Assembly: GCA_951406725.2 (NCBI GenBank)
Contig: OX597825.1
Coordinates: 63,116,001-63,180,000, forward strand
Length of the DNA stretch: 64,000 nt
Direction: 5' to 3'
Source of the DNA: Octopus vulgaris
Lineage: Eukaryota
Shown: positions 11,312 to 24,259 of the stretch, piece by piece
Position numbering within the stretch: position 1 is the stretch's first letter
How the letters are laid out: each line of letters begins with the position of its first letter
Made by a program: the position numbers and the translations under genes
Notes under the pieces: model-generated
Told to the model about the DNA's origin: nothing
Databases searched by the model: none
The model's input: only the letters and a program-made list of their open reading frames with translations

Positions 11312-12470
11312 ATAAAGAATAAAAAATTTTGAATGGTACAACAATGCACTATAATACAGACAAAGGGCTATATACCTGTTGTAATTTAGTCATCCATAGT
11401 CTGATATGATATTTCGGAATAATATTCCTTCTTCAGATATTCTTAGATGGAGTCGCTGCTATAATCGGTTTTCTAACAGCTTTTCGTTTTTATTTTTTAG
11501 AAGCGTCTCAGCAGTGGTCTCACGATGCTCCATCCGGAATTCCTTACGAGAAGTGTGTGAGGTCGGCCATGTCTCAATCTCGTGTGTGCTGGTACACCCG
11601 CAGCGCTGCTTCTAAGTTATGTATTATACGTGCAGCTTCCTTTTTTCCCTTCTCTTTTTCTTCTCTTCTTTTTTTTTTTTTGTTATAAAGTGCAGATGCG
11701 CATATTATCAAAAATGGACCTACACGCATCCAGATGTATCTAAATAATGTATTGATTACCAACCACCAGCCTGTTGTTAATTTGGGGCCCTAGTCTGTGT
11801 ATGAGTATAGCTTCCTTAATTCTTAAATTACCCAGATTTCTTTCATTGGCCTAAATTGCGACTGTTATGCTTTTGTCGGTGTTCCGGCATCTGTCTAGAT
11901 GTTTTCTGAAGGAGGAAGCTTTCGTGTTCAGAGGTTCTTTGATGCGGACGTGTAGCGGTCTTCTTGTTCTACTCATATAGAACTTGTTGCATTTGTTACA
12001 TTGTATTCTATACACAACATTTACCCGTTGGCATAAATCTGTGTCACGGATGGGACAGTTTGTTAGTGTACATTGATTGTTGTCCCTTGTTCGTTTCTTA
12101 GTGAGATGTCCTCTCAGAGAGGGGCCGGAGTGGGCTAGTCGTATGTCTAGCCCTTCTCTTCTTATGGCTCTTCGGATGGAGGTAGTTATCCTCTTGCTAA
12201 AATGGAGTGCTTTAAGGAAGCATGTGTTGCTGGGTTTTCTATGTGTTTGGCGTGTTGGTCGTCTTGGGTACTTAATCCGATTTACAATGGATCTAGGGTA
12301 CACGTTGGTTTTCAATATATCTAGGAAGCGTGTAGTGTGGGTTATCTTGTCCTCCGTTCTTCTGCACTTACCCTGGATGCGTGCAAGTTCATTTCTGGTG
12401 TATCCTATTTTGGCACCGAGTGGAAGTGCTGAATTATACTGGACAAACATATCTCTACTGGCTGTATACA
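11312..12470 (-). mobile_element. 5'-truncated Penelope-like element: RT thumb, Cys linker and GIY-YIG endonuclease remnant, plus 3' pseudo-LTR
   Basis: ORF 11851-12525 contains CTLTNCPIRDTDLC-QRVNVVYRIQCNKCNKFYMSRTRRPLHVRIKE. After a TAG the same frame continues NLRIKEAILIHRLGPQINNR (the GIY-YIG E and N motifs). Both ends abut (TA)n. Confidence 0.92.
11398..11440 (-). ncRNA. minimal hammerhead-like core in the PLE pseudo-LTR
   Basis: Minus strand CTGAAGA-A-GGAAT att ATTCC-GAAATAT c ATAT C: 5-bp stem II, palindromic stem III, AUC triplet. Stem I is weak. Confidence 0.6.
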
Positions 12471-12485
12471 TACACGTATACATAC

Positions 12486-12516
<31 letters not shown>

Positions 12517-12555
12517 TATATACATATATATATACAGATATATATATACATATAC

Positions 12556-12586
<31 letters not shown>

Positions 12587-12613
12587 TGTATGTATGTATG
12601 TATGTATGTATAT

Positions 12614-14100
12614 TAGGGTAGAGCGAAAATCTGAAGTTCTTAAATTTACATCTCAGGTTTCGTAGCCTACTTGAAATTTTGAAAAATCAATTTTGAGCAC
12701 GTTTGCCATTCTTCATTTAATTTTTTATATTCATTATTACGAATGAATTTTCTATTGTGAACCTTTTTAATTATAAGAGTGTTAAAATATCAAGCTCTAA
12801 AATTTATATCTTCAGACTCCGCAATACACTTAAAATTTTGAAATTATGTGAAATAAATAGACTTTTCGACTTTGTTTTTAATACTAGGTCACCGAATATA
12901 TGTATTATACGAGGTCTAGATTACTCTCTCTCTCTTTTACTCTTTTACTTGTTTCAGTCATTTGACTGCGGCCATGCTGGAGCACCGCCTTTAGTCGAGC
13001 AAATTGACTCCGGGACTTATTCTTTGTAAGCCAAGTACTTATTCTATCGGTCTCCCTTGCCGAACCGCTATGTTACGGGGATGTAAGCACACCAGCATCA
13101 GTTGTCAAGCAATGATAGGGGGACAAACACACAAATATACATATATATACATATATACGACAGGCTTCTTTCAGTTTCCGTCTACCAAATCCACTCACAA
13201 GGCATTGGTCGGCCCGAGGCTATAGCAGAAGACACTTGCCCAAGGTGCCACGTAGTGAGACTGAACCCGGAACCATGTGGTTGGTAAGCAAGCTACTTAC
13301 CACACAGCCACTCCTGCGCCTATTACACACACATTAAAATAAAATTACGTGTAAATCAATTTTTGTATCTTAACACATTTAGGTGATAAAAAATAATTAC
13401 CATTTCCAATTTATTCGAAATAAGTCCATGTAACTAAATAATACGAATCGTTGTAGGGCATTCCTTTTCGTTCCAGTTATAAAGCCAATTAACTTTTTTC
13501 ATAGACAGGAATTGGCATCTCACTCTCAAATAAAGAATGGAACAGTTTTGTTGTTTTGAAAAACAACACCATCTGAACGTTCTGTCTAGATACTGCTTGA
13601 TCTATTCCACCAATGATCGTTTTGTCCATTGATCCTGCAAAAAAATCTTGCTCACTCTGAGGTACTTTTTTTTGTCTCTACTACAACTGCAATTTTTAAA
13701 GGAGTTGCACTTGCAACAGGAAATGTCAAATATATCTTTTGTTGCATTGTTTTTAAACACATTACACTTCGTTTGAAACGATCGCATATTTTTTTCTAGT
13801 TTTCATAGGTTTTAGTAATGCTTGGTACCTTAGATAAAAGTTTAAGATTTTCGGTATAACTGACTCAGTTGTAATACAAGGAATGGATACCTTTTGCCAA
13901 AGAAAAGTTATCCTTTCTGCTACAATCTTGATAACTTGTTTAATTGAAGGATCTTAACTACATTCTTTTCTTTTTCTCGTTCAAATAAAACACATTTTCG
14001 TACGTCCTTGTAAGTTGACAAAACTCGCTCGCTAAGATCACATGGAATATCGAATATTGGACATTCAATATCATGACGTGTTATTGGCTTATAAGTCACG
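12614..14100 (-). mobile_element. decayed hAT (hATm-like) DNA transposon with transposase N-terminal remnant
   Basis: Frameshifted minus-strand translation of 13560-14099: ECPIFDIPCDLSERVLSTYKDV..LWQKVSIP..DIFDISCCKCNSFKNCSCSRDKK..VPQSEQDFLQDQWTKR..IIGGID. TAGGGT-type terminus at 12614; interrupted by a SINE A copy. Confidence 0.65.
12924..13322 (-). mobile_element. SINE family A
   Basis: Full-length, CpG-retaining reverse copy. Confidence 0.9.
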
Positions 14101-14986
14101 ACTAAATGTAAACAACAGTAAATTTAACACGATAATCAATTTTAATACAATGGCCTAAAGTCAAGGTATTAAGCAGAAAACTTTACACATGTACGACATA
14201 CGTCGACACGTATGATGTAATGTTTTCATTGATCGATTAAATGGAGCCGCTTGAAACGGCTGTAATGCACTGATACCTGGACATCTTTGTTACTTATCTG
14301 CTTTTTATTCACCAATCTTCGAGCTGCACGGACCATACCGGACTGACTTGGTGCCTCACATTAAGTACCTAGTTCAAATGAATCTTTATTATATACATAT
14401 ATATATATATATGTGTGTGTGTGTGCGTGTGTGTGTGCATACACCCACATATAAACTAGAGTCACACAAAACTGTTGAATAAAATATATGCTTCTACAAT
14501 CATATGTGACGCATTCTTGTACACTCAGACGTGGCAAGACTTTTCACTGCTAAAATATTCTTATGAGAATAGAGAAAAATGTATGTAAACACAATGATTT
14601 TGAACGTCATCATCGTATCGTAGGAGGCAAGCAAAAATATCTCAAGAGTGACAGGGTCTCCTGCATCCGAGTATAGACAAAAATATTAAATATAAATGGA
14701 CACGCGTATATTCTATTCGATTCTTATTCGTATTACTCTAGTTTAATCATTCAAACTTGGTCGTGTCTTACGCACATCCGCAAGTAATTTACTTGCTGTT
14801 CTTATATATAAAGACTATCGTTCTTATAGTGTTCTATATGATGGATTCGTTATTCATAGGTGACAAAGTGCAAGAACACAGATATGCACACATCCTAAGA
14901 TTCGACCTTAGTTATTTGTATTCGTAGTGTTCTGCATTTTCATACACATTGTCTAGGACGAGTTTTCTCCTGTGAAAGCAAATAGA

Positions 14987-15398
14987 TAGGCGTGGAAGTG
15001 GCTGTGTGGTAAGTAGCTTGCTTACAAACCACATGGTTCCGGGTTCAGTCCTACTGCGGGGCACCTTGGGCAAGTGTCTTCTACTATAGCCTCAGGCCAA
15101 CCAAAGCCTTGTGAGTGGATTTGGTAGATGGAAAGTGAAAGAAGCCCGTCGTATATATGTTTATATATGTATGTGAATATGTTTGTGTGTCTGTGTTTGT
15201 CCCCCCCCCCCCAACATCACTTGACAACTGATGCTGGTGTGTTTATGTCCCCGTCACCTAGCGGCTCGGCAAAAGAGACCGATAGAATAATTACAAGACT
15301 TCCAAAGAATAAGTCCTGGAGTTGATTTGCTCGACTAAAGGTAGTACTCCAGCATGGCCACAGTCAAATGACTGAAACAAGTAAAAGAGTAAAAGAGA
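14987..15398 (+). mobile_element. SINE family A
   Basis: Full-length copy with head, internal microsatellite and tail. Confidence 0.9.
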
Positions 15399-15813
15399 TG
15401 TGTATAGTCATATTTAATATGTTCATCTACTCGCGGATATGGACAACATCTTCACATGTGTGAGGAATAATGTGAGCAGGCAGAATCATTGCAACACAGG
15501 GCAAGATGCTTTGTGGAGCTTCTTTTGGTTCTTTATGTTCTGTGTTCGAATACCACCAAGGTCAAATTCGCTTTTTCTCCATCAAGGTCAATAAAATAAA
15601 GTAGCAATGAAATATTAGCATCGATGTAATCCAATTGACCCTCCCTCTGTTCAAAATCGCTGGCCTTGAACTATTCATATGAGCCGGCATCACGTTCAAT
15701 ATAATGTTGTGAACATGGTCTTTCAAACATCCTAGAAAGCGAATAACTAACCTTAGAGTCCCAGGGCTCAACAAAATTTTATGCATATTAGGTGTATGTA
15801 AATAGTATATCTG

Positions 15814-15840
<27 letters not shown>

Positions 15841-15846
<6 letters not shown>

Positions 15847-16068
15847 CAAAATAAGCAACAAATATATCCGAGGTAATGTGGTACGATCGTTTCATGCTAC
15901 TTCATTCTATTAAACACTGTAAGTATTATCGTACCACATTACCTCGGATATACTTGTTGCTTATTTTGATTATAATCACCCCATGGATTTATATGGATAA
16001 TACCATACAAAATTCTGGTGCATTTGACTTAAGTACCACATTCATCTGAATCTAAATTTTGCTGAACT

Positions 16069-16072
<4 letters not shown>
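15841..16072. mobile_element. PLE-type fold-back insertion in (TA)n
   Basis: 47-bp inverted arms at 15841-15887 and 15928-15974. The minus strand has GAAACGATCGTA (hammerhead 3' half). (TA)n on both sides. Confidence 0.6.
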
Positions 16073-16107
<35 letters not shown>

Positions 16108-16890
16108 ATATAAATAGTGTACATGTAATTAAACACATATATTTATATATATAATATATAAATAGCATATATGTAATGTGTGTGTGTGTGTGTGTACAAT
16201 GTGCAACTGTAAATATGTCACAGATGAAAAATAAGAAAAAAAATATTTTGTCTATGTTATCTCATCTGCCCAATATGTGTTTAGTTGATTGTCAAAAGAT
16301 GTTGAACTCTGGCACTTTGGAACTTTTACATAATAATAGTCCCTCACCATAACAAACAATAAAAGTAATTTATCAATATCTTCACTGGTAAAGTTTCTTA
16401 AAACCAATCAATAAATTAGTCAAATATAAAATATCATATGATCAATATGTGTGTGTGTGTATGTGTGTGTGTGTGTTTATGTATGTATGTATTTGTAATT
16501 TTACATTTTTGCTATTTATTTTCTGCTCTTGATGTTTGGAGTTTGTTTCTATATTAGGATATATTTTTGTTTATTATATTAAGAGTATTAAATTTCGTTA
16601 TTGATTGGAAAAATTCTAACAAACAACAAAGTAGCTTTATTGGGCGTTCCACCGATGACTCAATTTACTGAAGTGCCAAACTAGATACGCAGAAAAAATG
16701 CAGTAGTCTGAAACATCAATGCATTGGTGCTTTCAGCTAGGATACTACAAGCATATACTGGAATACAGCCGGAATGCTGCTGATACTATGCTTACCAGCA
16801 GTTCTCTTGTCAGCTTAATAGTGCCCGTTAGAAAAAGGGCCAGATAGTTAGAAACTATGACAGTACCGACATGTGTTATGTATAGAGATG

Positions 16891-17336
16891 AAGGTGGCGA
16901 GCTGGCAGAAACGTTAGCACGCCGGTCGAAATGCTTAGCGGTATTTCGTCTGCCGTTACGTTCTGAGTTCAAATTCTGCCGAGGTCGACTTTGACTTTCA
17001 TCCTTCTGAGTCGATAAATTAAGTAGCAGTTATACACTGGAGTCGATGTAATCGACTTAATCCGTTTGTGTGTCCTTGTTTGTCCCCTCTATGTTTAGCC
17101 CCTTGTGGGTAATAAAGAAATAAGAAACGTTAACACACCGGTCAAAATGCGTAGCCGTATTTTGTCTGCCGTTACGTTCTGAGTTCAAATTCTGCCGAGG
17201 TAGACTTTTATCCTTTCTGGGTCGATAAATTAAGTACCAGTTATACACTGGAGTCGATGTAATCGACCTAATCCCTTTGTCTGTCCTTATTTCTCCTCTC
17301 TGCTTTTAGCCCCTTGTGGGTAGTAAAGAAATAGGT
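16891..17336 (+). mobile_element. SINE family B tandem dimer
   Basis: The tail of copy 1 (aaagaaataagaaacgtt) runs directly into the head of copy 2. Confidence 0.9.
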
Positions 17337-18271
17337 ATAGAGATTGACAAATTATTTTTTTAAAACGTATCATTCGAACAGGAGGCTAAATAAGCCCGTC
17401 CAAGTTCACGCCTTCCATATTTAAAACACGAAGTAGTTCATGTCTAACACCTGAGTGTATACTAAAATGAAAAAAGTGCTTATTAATTAGTTGGGAGTAT
17501 GTAACATTTGCTAAAAGGAAGCAATTATTAAAGTCTACGTTGTCTAGAAAATTAGTTAAAAATTCTAAGTTCAATTTTTTTTTATCAAAATGTGGTTTAC
17601 AATGTTTTATTATCGAAAGTTTCAACAGAAAAGTAATCCTCATTGACCGTCTACAAGATAGTTCTTTCTCTTTTCTTTCTCCCATACACTTCCTGACGCT
17701 CATTTTTACAAATATATCAGTAAAAACGTTTTGCAAATTATAAGTTTAATCAGGCGTCAGCTACATTATGTTGATTCCATTATCTTTTCATAGTTCTTTC
17801 GTATTGTTGGAGAAACAGAAAGCTGAAGAAGCATTTTTTATTTACTTACGTCAGTCGTACTAAATAAAAAAAAATAGGCATAACTACAGATATGTGCCCC
17901 CGCAACCAGCTTTCTTTCTTTATAATTTCATGAAATTTTCCAGAAATACATTTTAGATGGTATATATTAGTGTTATATCGGAATTTATTGTGAAAACGTT
18001 TTCAGACGGATGGAGAAGAATTTAATATAATTCACGCACTGTTATTTTTCATCTCTTAACTTTCTGGAAAATTGAAATCTTTTAATAAAATTCTCTACAA
18101 ATATATTTTAGAGGAGGTAGATTACGATTATGTTGGAATTTGACACGAAAAAAGAAAGGGTTGTGATTGGATAATTCACAGACTTCGACATTGCATCCTC
18201 ATGCGTTCTGACGAGGTGAATGAGTTATCTTCCTCTACCATCATTTTTTTTCCACAGCAAATTTCAATATA

Positions 18272-18688
18272 CAGGCACAGACGAGGCTGTGTGATAAGAA
18301 GTTTGCTTCCCAACCACATAATTTCAGGTTCAATTTCACTGCATGGCACCTTAAGCAAGTGTCTTCTACTACACATCCTCTGGCCAATCAAAGCCTTGTG
18401 AGTGGATTTGGTTGATGGAAACTGAAAGAAGCCCATCGTATATATATTTTTTGTGTGTGTGCAAGTGCGTGTTTGTGTGTGTGTGTATGTGTGTGTGTTG
18501 TGTCAGGGTTTGTCCCCCATCACCACTTGAAAACCAGTGCTGGTTCAGCAAAAGAGACCGATAGATCAGGCTTAAGAAAATAAATAAATACTGGGCTCTA
18601 TTAATTCAACTAAAAATTCTCGAAGGCGATGCCCAGCATGGCCGCTGTCAAATGACTGAAACAAGTGAAAGTAAAAGAAGAGAAAAGA
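18272..18688 (+). mobile_element. SINE family A (older, deleted)
   Basis: Head, CORE-like block and tail are recognisable. Confidence 0.8.
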
Positions 18689-18743
18689 TAATCGTAATTT
18701 ACTCAGAAACGTATTTTTGGAAACCCTATGAAAAAATATTCAT

Positions 18744-18909
18744 AGGAATGGCTGTGTGGTAAGTAGCTTGCTTACCAACCACATGGTTCCGGGTTCAGTC
18801 CCACTGCGTGGCATCTTGGGCAAGTGTCTTCTGCTATAGCCCAGGGCCGACCAATGCCTTGTGAGTGGATTTGGTAGACAGAAACTGAAAGAAGCCTGTC
18901 GTATATATG

Positions 18910-18940
<31 letters not shown>

Positions 18941-19158
18941 ATGCGTGTGTATATGTTTGTGTGTCTGTGTTTGTCCCTCTAGTATTGCTTGACAACCGAT
19001 GCTGGTGTGTTTACGTCCCCGTCACTTAGCGGTTCGGCACAAGAGACCGATAGAATAAGTACTGGGCTTACAAAGAATAAGTCCCAGGGTCGATTTGCTC
19101 GACTAAAGGTGGTGCTCCAGCATGGCTGCAGTCAGATGACTGAAACAAGTAAAAGAGT
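18744..19158 (+). mobile_element. SINE family A
   Basis: Near full-length copy. Confidence 0.9.
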
Positions 19159-19397
19159 TATAACGAAACAAATGTCGGAGGCACACATCTGTACATATGA
19201 TGATAACTGAAGACATTAATGTGGTTAACAACTGACACTCCATCGGCTGTGATGAGATGCATCCCAGTTGATCAAATCAACAGAACAGCCTGCTCAGGAA
19301 ATTAATGTTCCAGTGGCTGAGCTCTCCAGGGACATGCATACCCTTTAAGTAGTTCTCAAGCAGATTCAGTGTGTCACATAGTGTGACAAGGCTGGCC

Positions 19398-19627
19398 GTT
19401 GCTAGCAGAAGCGTTAGCACACCGGGCGAAATGCTTTGCGGTACTTCGTCTGCCGTTACGTTGTGAGTTCAAATTCCGCCGAGGTCGACTTTGCCTTTCA
19501 TCCTTTCGGGGTCGATAAATTAAGTACCAGTTACGCACTGGGGCCGATGTAATCGACATAATACCTATGTCTGTCCTTGTTTGTCCCCCCTATGTTTAGC
19601 CCCTTGTGGGTAATAAAGAAATAGGTA
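19398..19627 (+). mobile_element. SINE family B
   Basis: Young CpG-rich copy. Confidence 0.9.
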
Positions 19628-19671
19628 TTACTAAGTTTTACCTGGTGAGTGGGCTGAAGCTATTTCAAATA

Positions 19672-19825
19672 AACCCCACGACTTATTATTTGAAAGCCTG
19701 GTACTTATTCTATCAGTCTCCATTGCTAAACAACTAAGTTACAGGCACGCACACACACCAACTCTAGTTATCAAGCGATTGTGGTGGAGTCAAACAGATA
19801 CTAAGACACACACACATAAATATAT

Positions 19826-19895
<70 letters not shown>

Positions 19896-20068
19896 TGATA
19901 TATACGATGGGCTTTTTTCAGTTTCTGTTCACTAAATCCACTCAAAAGTCTTTGGTTGGTTCGATGTTATAGTAAAAGACACTTGTCCAAGGTGCCATGC
20001 AGTGGGATTGAACCTGGAGCCATATGGTTAGGAAGCAAGCTTCTTACTACACAGCGATGCCTGCGCCC
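19672..20068 (-). mobile_element. SINE family A (degenerate)
   Basis: Reverse copy with expanded (CA)n linker. Confidence 0.8.
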
Positions 20069-20079
20069 ATATATATATA

Positions 20080-20466
20080 TACAGTAAATCCAAAACAATG
20101 AAGAACAAACACAAGAAGAAAAAAAAACAACAACATGAGGATGTGGTACCTGCAAAGTATTAGCAGACGCTCAGGGAGAGAAAGAAAGGTAGTTTTTACG
20201 CTTCGAGCAAAGCTCTTCATCAGAAACAGGAAACGGAGGAAAGTCGAAGAGAAAAGGAAGATGGAGGAAATAAATCGCCAACCATCCACATGTGGTTACA
20301 TACATGTTTCTCTCTTTTTTTCTCTCCTCGTTTCTTTCTGTGTTCCTTTCTGCGGAAGAGCGTAGGCTCGAAACGTTAACGACTTTTTAAATTCCCGAGC
20401 GTTATACTAATACTTCTGGTTGTCTTCTACACCACCTGTCTTCGTCTTTTGTTTTTCGTAAATTCT

Positions 20467-20470
<4 letters not shown>
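20080..20470. mobile_element. two divergent PLE-type pseudo-LTR modules, head-to-head, each with a hammerhead-like core
   Basis: Minus strand CTGATGA-A-GAGC ttt GCTC-GAAGCGTA (20192-20227); plus strand CTGCGGA-A-GAGC gtag GCTC-GAAACGT (20345-20382). Both modules end in (TA)n. Confidence 0.65.
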
Positions 20471-20526
<56 letters not shown>

Positions 20527-21213
20527 AATACACATGCTCACGCAAATATATATCCATATAAATACACAAACATACATGTATATATGTGTGTGTTAATAAA
20601 TTTGAATCTACAGCTATCTAAATGCCTTTGAGAGTTACAGTTGCCTGGACAAATGTAATTTCTGAGTTGCTGCAAAATAAATTGTGGACAAATGCTTGAA
20701 ATTCAGCTGATCGCATTACAGTCTAAACCCACCTACGATAGGTGTGTATATAACGAGCAATTTAAAATGGTTATATACCAATTTTTGGTAGTGGGTATTC
20801 CTTGCTTCCGTTCAAAATTTATTTCGTTTCTTGCATACAATTTGTTTTGATGCTTTCATTGTTTATTTTGAATAAGTTCATTCATTTTTGTTGTTGTTGT
20901 TGCTGTTGCTGTTGTGGCATTTGTTTAATTTGGTTTCTTCAGTTCTACAAGTTTTGAGAGTATCTTCGCATTATTTGTCTTCTGGTGTGTTCGTTTTTTT
21001 TTTGTTTATTTAGTATGTTTTTTTTTTCACTTTATTAAATTTACATATGCCTTCATTCACTTTCTTAACTTCTGTTTTCCCAAATCTTCAGCAAAATTGT
21101 GGATTTGCACAAACACACACACACACACACACCACGTATATATTCTCGATCTCATACACACATGTCTGTAAACCTATATATTTGTGTGTGTGCATACATA
21201 CATATACATATAC

Positions 21214-21273
<60 letters not shown>

Positions 21274-21904
21274 TTATATATATGTATATATACATGCATG
21301 TAGATATACATATATGTGTATATATATATGTGTGCATATATACATACATATATATATATGCACACACGCACACACACACACATGCAATACACACCCACAC
21401 ACACACTCACTCAGACAAAAACATATATCACCTGTTTATTTATTTACTTTTATTCTATATTTGTTTATTTATTATTTTACCTGAACTGTCTTGAGTTTTT
21501 TTTTCGTTAATTTTTACCTTTTAAAAACACTTTTTTCTGTGTTCTTGCACTTCTATACATTACATTGTTGAAAAGTAACTATGTAAGAACTGGAAGGATA
21601 CGAAAGAGAGAGGGGGGAAGAGGGAAGGAGAGAGTGAGAATGGGGTAGATTTAGGAGGAAGTGTGAGAGGGATAACGTAGTAGAGAATGTTACAGAAAAA
21701 GAAAGAGTGATATTGACTGAAGATAAAGAGTGAGAGAGTAAAGAAGAGGAAGATTTGAAGAAACCGCTTAGGTGAGTGAAAGGAAGGAAGAAAGAATTAT
21801 AGACAGACATGTAAATAGATAGATAGATAGATAGATAGATGGATGGAGGGGTAGAGGGGTGGAAGGATGGGTGGATGGATGGATAGATAGATTGATAGAT
21901 GGAA

Positions 21905-22115
21905 GGAGGCAGCAAGCTAGCAGAAATATCAGCACACTAGGTGAAATGCTTAGTGGTATTTTGTCTGTCTTTACATTCTGATTTCAAATTCCACCATGGT
22001 CAGCTTTGCCTTTCATCCTTTCTGGGGACAATAAATTAAGTTCCAGTTGCATACTGGGGTCGATCTAATTGACTGGCCCCCTCCCCAAAAATATCGGTCC
22101 TTGTGCTTAGAATAG
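21905..22115 (+). mobile_element. SINE family B
   Basis: Copy embedded in a (GATA/GGAT)n tract. Confidence 0.8.
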
Positions 22116-22159
22116 GAAAGATGGAAGGATGGATGGATGGATGGAAAGATAGATAGAGG

Positions 22160-22220
<61 letters not shown>

Positions 22221-22524
22221 GTGGATGTATGGATGGATGGATAAAAAGATAAATTGATGGATAGGCAAATAGATAAATATAGGGTGGGAAGAAGATAAAT
22301 GCATATAGATTTGTAGAAGAGTAAAGCAATAACAAAGAGATGGGTATTGAGAGAATAGTCAGGAATTTAGAAGAAAAATGCAGAAAGACTGAGGAATCAA
22401 CAGAAATATAGATAGATACCAAAAATGAGCAAAAGAGTTATTTTGAGAGTGAATTTGTGTTTAAGTGTGCATGCATCTCCTCCTGTTGTCCTATGATAAA
22501 TCTGCTTTAATGCAACTATTTACA

Positions 22525-22720
22525 ATATTGGCTTCAAATTTTGGCATAAGATCAGCAGATTTGTAGAAGAGGCTAAGTCAATTAAATCAACCCCAGTACT
22601 CCACTTGTACTTATCTTAGCAACCCCAAAAGGATAAAAGGTAAGGTCGACCTGAAATTGGACAAAATGCCATGAAGCATTTTACCTGGTGTACTAACAAT
22701 TCCTGCCAACTTTCTGCTTT
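22525..22720 (-). mobile_element. SINE family B (degenerate)
   Basis: aaccccaaaaggataaaaggtaaggtcgacc. Confidence 0.6.
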
Positions 22721-22902
22721 ACAAATATTCACAATATTAAATACAGAATTTGTTGCATTACCTTTGGATTATTATAATGATTGATCTCTTAATAAAATGA
22801 ACTGGGGGAGTCATTATCTTGTTTAGCAATGATAATCCAATGATGCTTTTAATTACATTCTACTGTATTCAAAATGCAAACAACTTGTTTAAAATTTGTA
22901 AT

Positions 22903-23363
22903 ACTCTTTACTCTTTTACTCTTTTACTTGTTTCAGTCATTTGACTGTGGCCATGCTGGAGCACCACCTTTAGTTGAGAAAATCAACCCCGGGACTTATT
23001 CTTTGTAAGCCATGCTGGAGCACTGCCTTTCGTAGCGCAAATCGACCCCATGACTTATTCTTTGTAAGCCTTGTACTTTTTCTATCGGTCTCTTTTGCCG
23101 AACTGCTAAGTTACGGGGGTGTAAACACACCAGCATCGGTAGTCAAGCGATGTTGGGGGGACAAACACAGACACATACATAAATATATATGCATATATAC
23201 GATGGGCTTCTTTCAGTTTCCGTTTACCAAATCCACTCAAAAGGCTTTGGTCGGCTCGAGGCTATAGTAGAAGGCACTTGCCCAAGTTGCCATGCAATGG
23301 GACTGAACCCGGAACCATGTGGTTCATACACAATCTACTTACCATATAGCCACTCCTACGCCT
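22903..23363 (-). mobile_element. SINE family A with internal ~60-bp tandem duplication
   Basis: gccatgctggagcac...ttattctttgtaagcc occurs twice (22949-23070). Confidence 0.9.
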
Positions 23364-24259
23364 GAAGGATGAAAAAGAAATCATGCTTCTGGTTTTTTTC
23401 AAATGGTAGATACTTGACTGTTGGAAATTTGAACACAGAACACAACAAGGTGGGAGAAATGTGGTAAGTATTTTTGTCTGACATATTAACGTTTCTGCCA
23501 ACTCATCAGTTGATTTTCGTTTTTAACTTTAATTACTGAGTCTAGAAGAAGCAATAATGTCAGTAATCTTTGCAATGCCTCTGAGACAAATAAAGTTGTT
23601 AGTGTTAAGATCCCAGTTAAAATGTTGCTGATCAGCATCTATAGGAAAGACATAAACAGAAAAGAAGATTCAAGTGGGTTGACATTTGGGGGAAAATTAC
23701 TGTCAATACTAATTAGTGTATAGCAAAGGAAGCTGGGTGCACTACGAATGATGTGAGGTAAAAGACCCACTTTAGGCATGCCTAAATGGTAGAGGTATAA
23801 CAGGTTGGGCGTTGCAGTGTGTCCATTGCTAATTATTCAAATGACCCTTCTCTGAGGTAATAGTATATTTCATTATTAAGACTGACACATTGTCAGTTAT
23901 TATTGTAATTTTTGATTCCTATCCAATTGTGTACATCATTGTCAGCCAATACAATGATTCCTTCATTACTAATCTGGTAAACATGGAGAAGCCTATGCTA
24001 AAGATTTCTGTTAGTTTTGAAAGCATTGCATAATGAAAGTGTTGCATTATTTGATCAATTGAAGTGCTTACAAATTGAATAATAATATGAGTGGTTGAGT
24101 ATTCAACAGACACTTGTACACTTCATCTTATTTCCAAACAGATTTGACACACCATATGTGTCAAAACTGGTCCTTTGAATTACCATTGCAATCCATCCAA
24201 TGAGCTTGTAATCTCCCTTCATTTCCACAGTTTAACAGACAAGATCTTAGGTAATTTAA

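Noticed and set aside
11500-11612. Possible SECIS downstream of the PLE ORF
   Set aside because: A hairpin exists but has no AUGA/GA quartet with apical AA; the in-frame stop is TAG, not TGA at a Cys position.
12077-12616. 179-aa plus-strand ORF
   Set aside because: Antisense shadow of the PLE ORF running into a microsatellite.
18710-18728. ACCCTA as partner TIR for the hATm end at 12614
   Set aside because: The match is limited to TAGGGT plus an A run, and there is no shared TSD.
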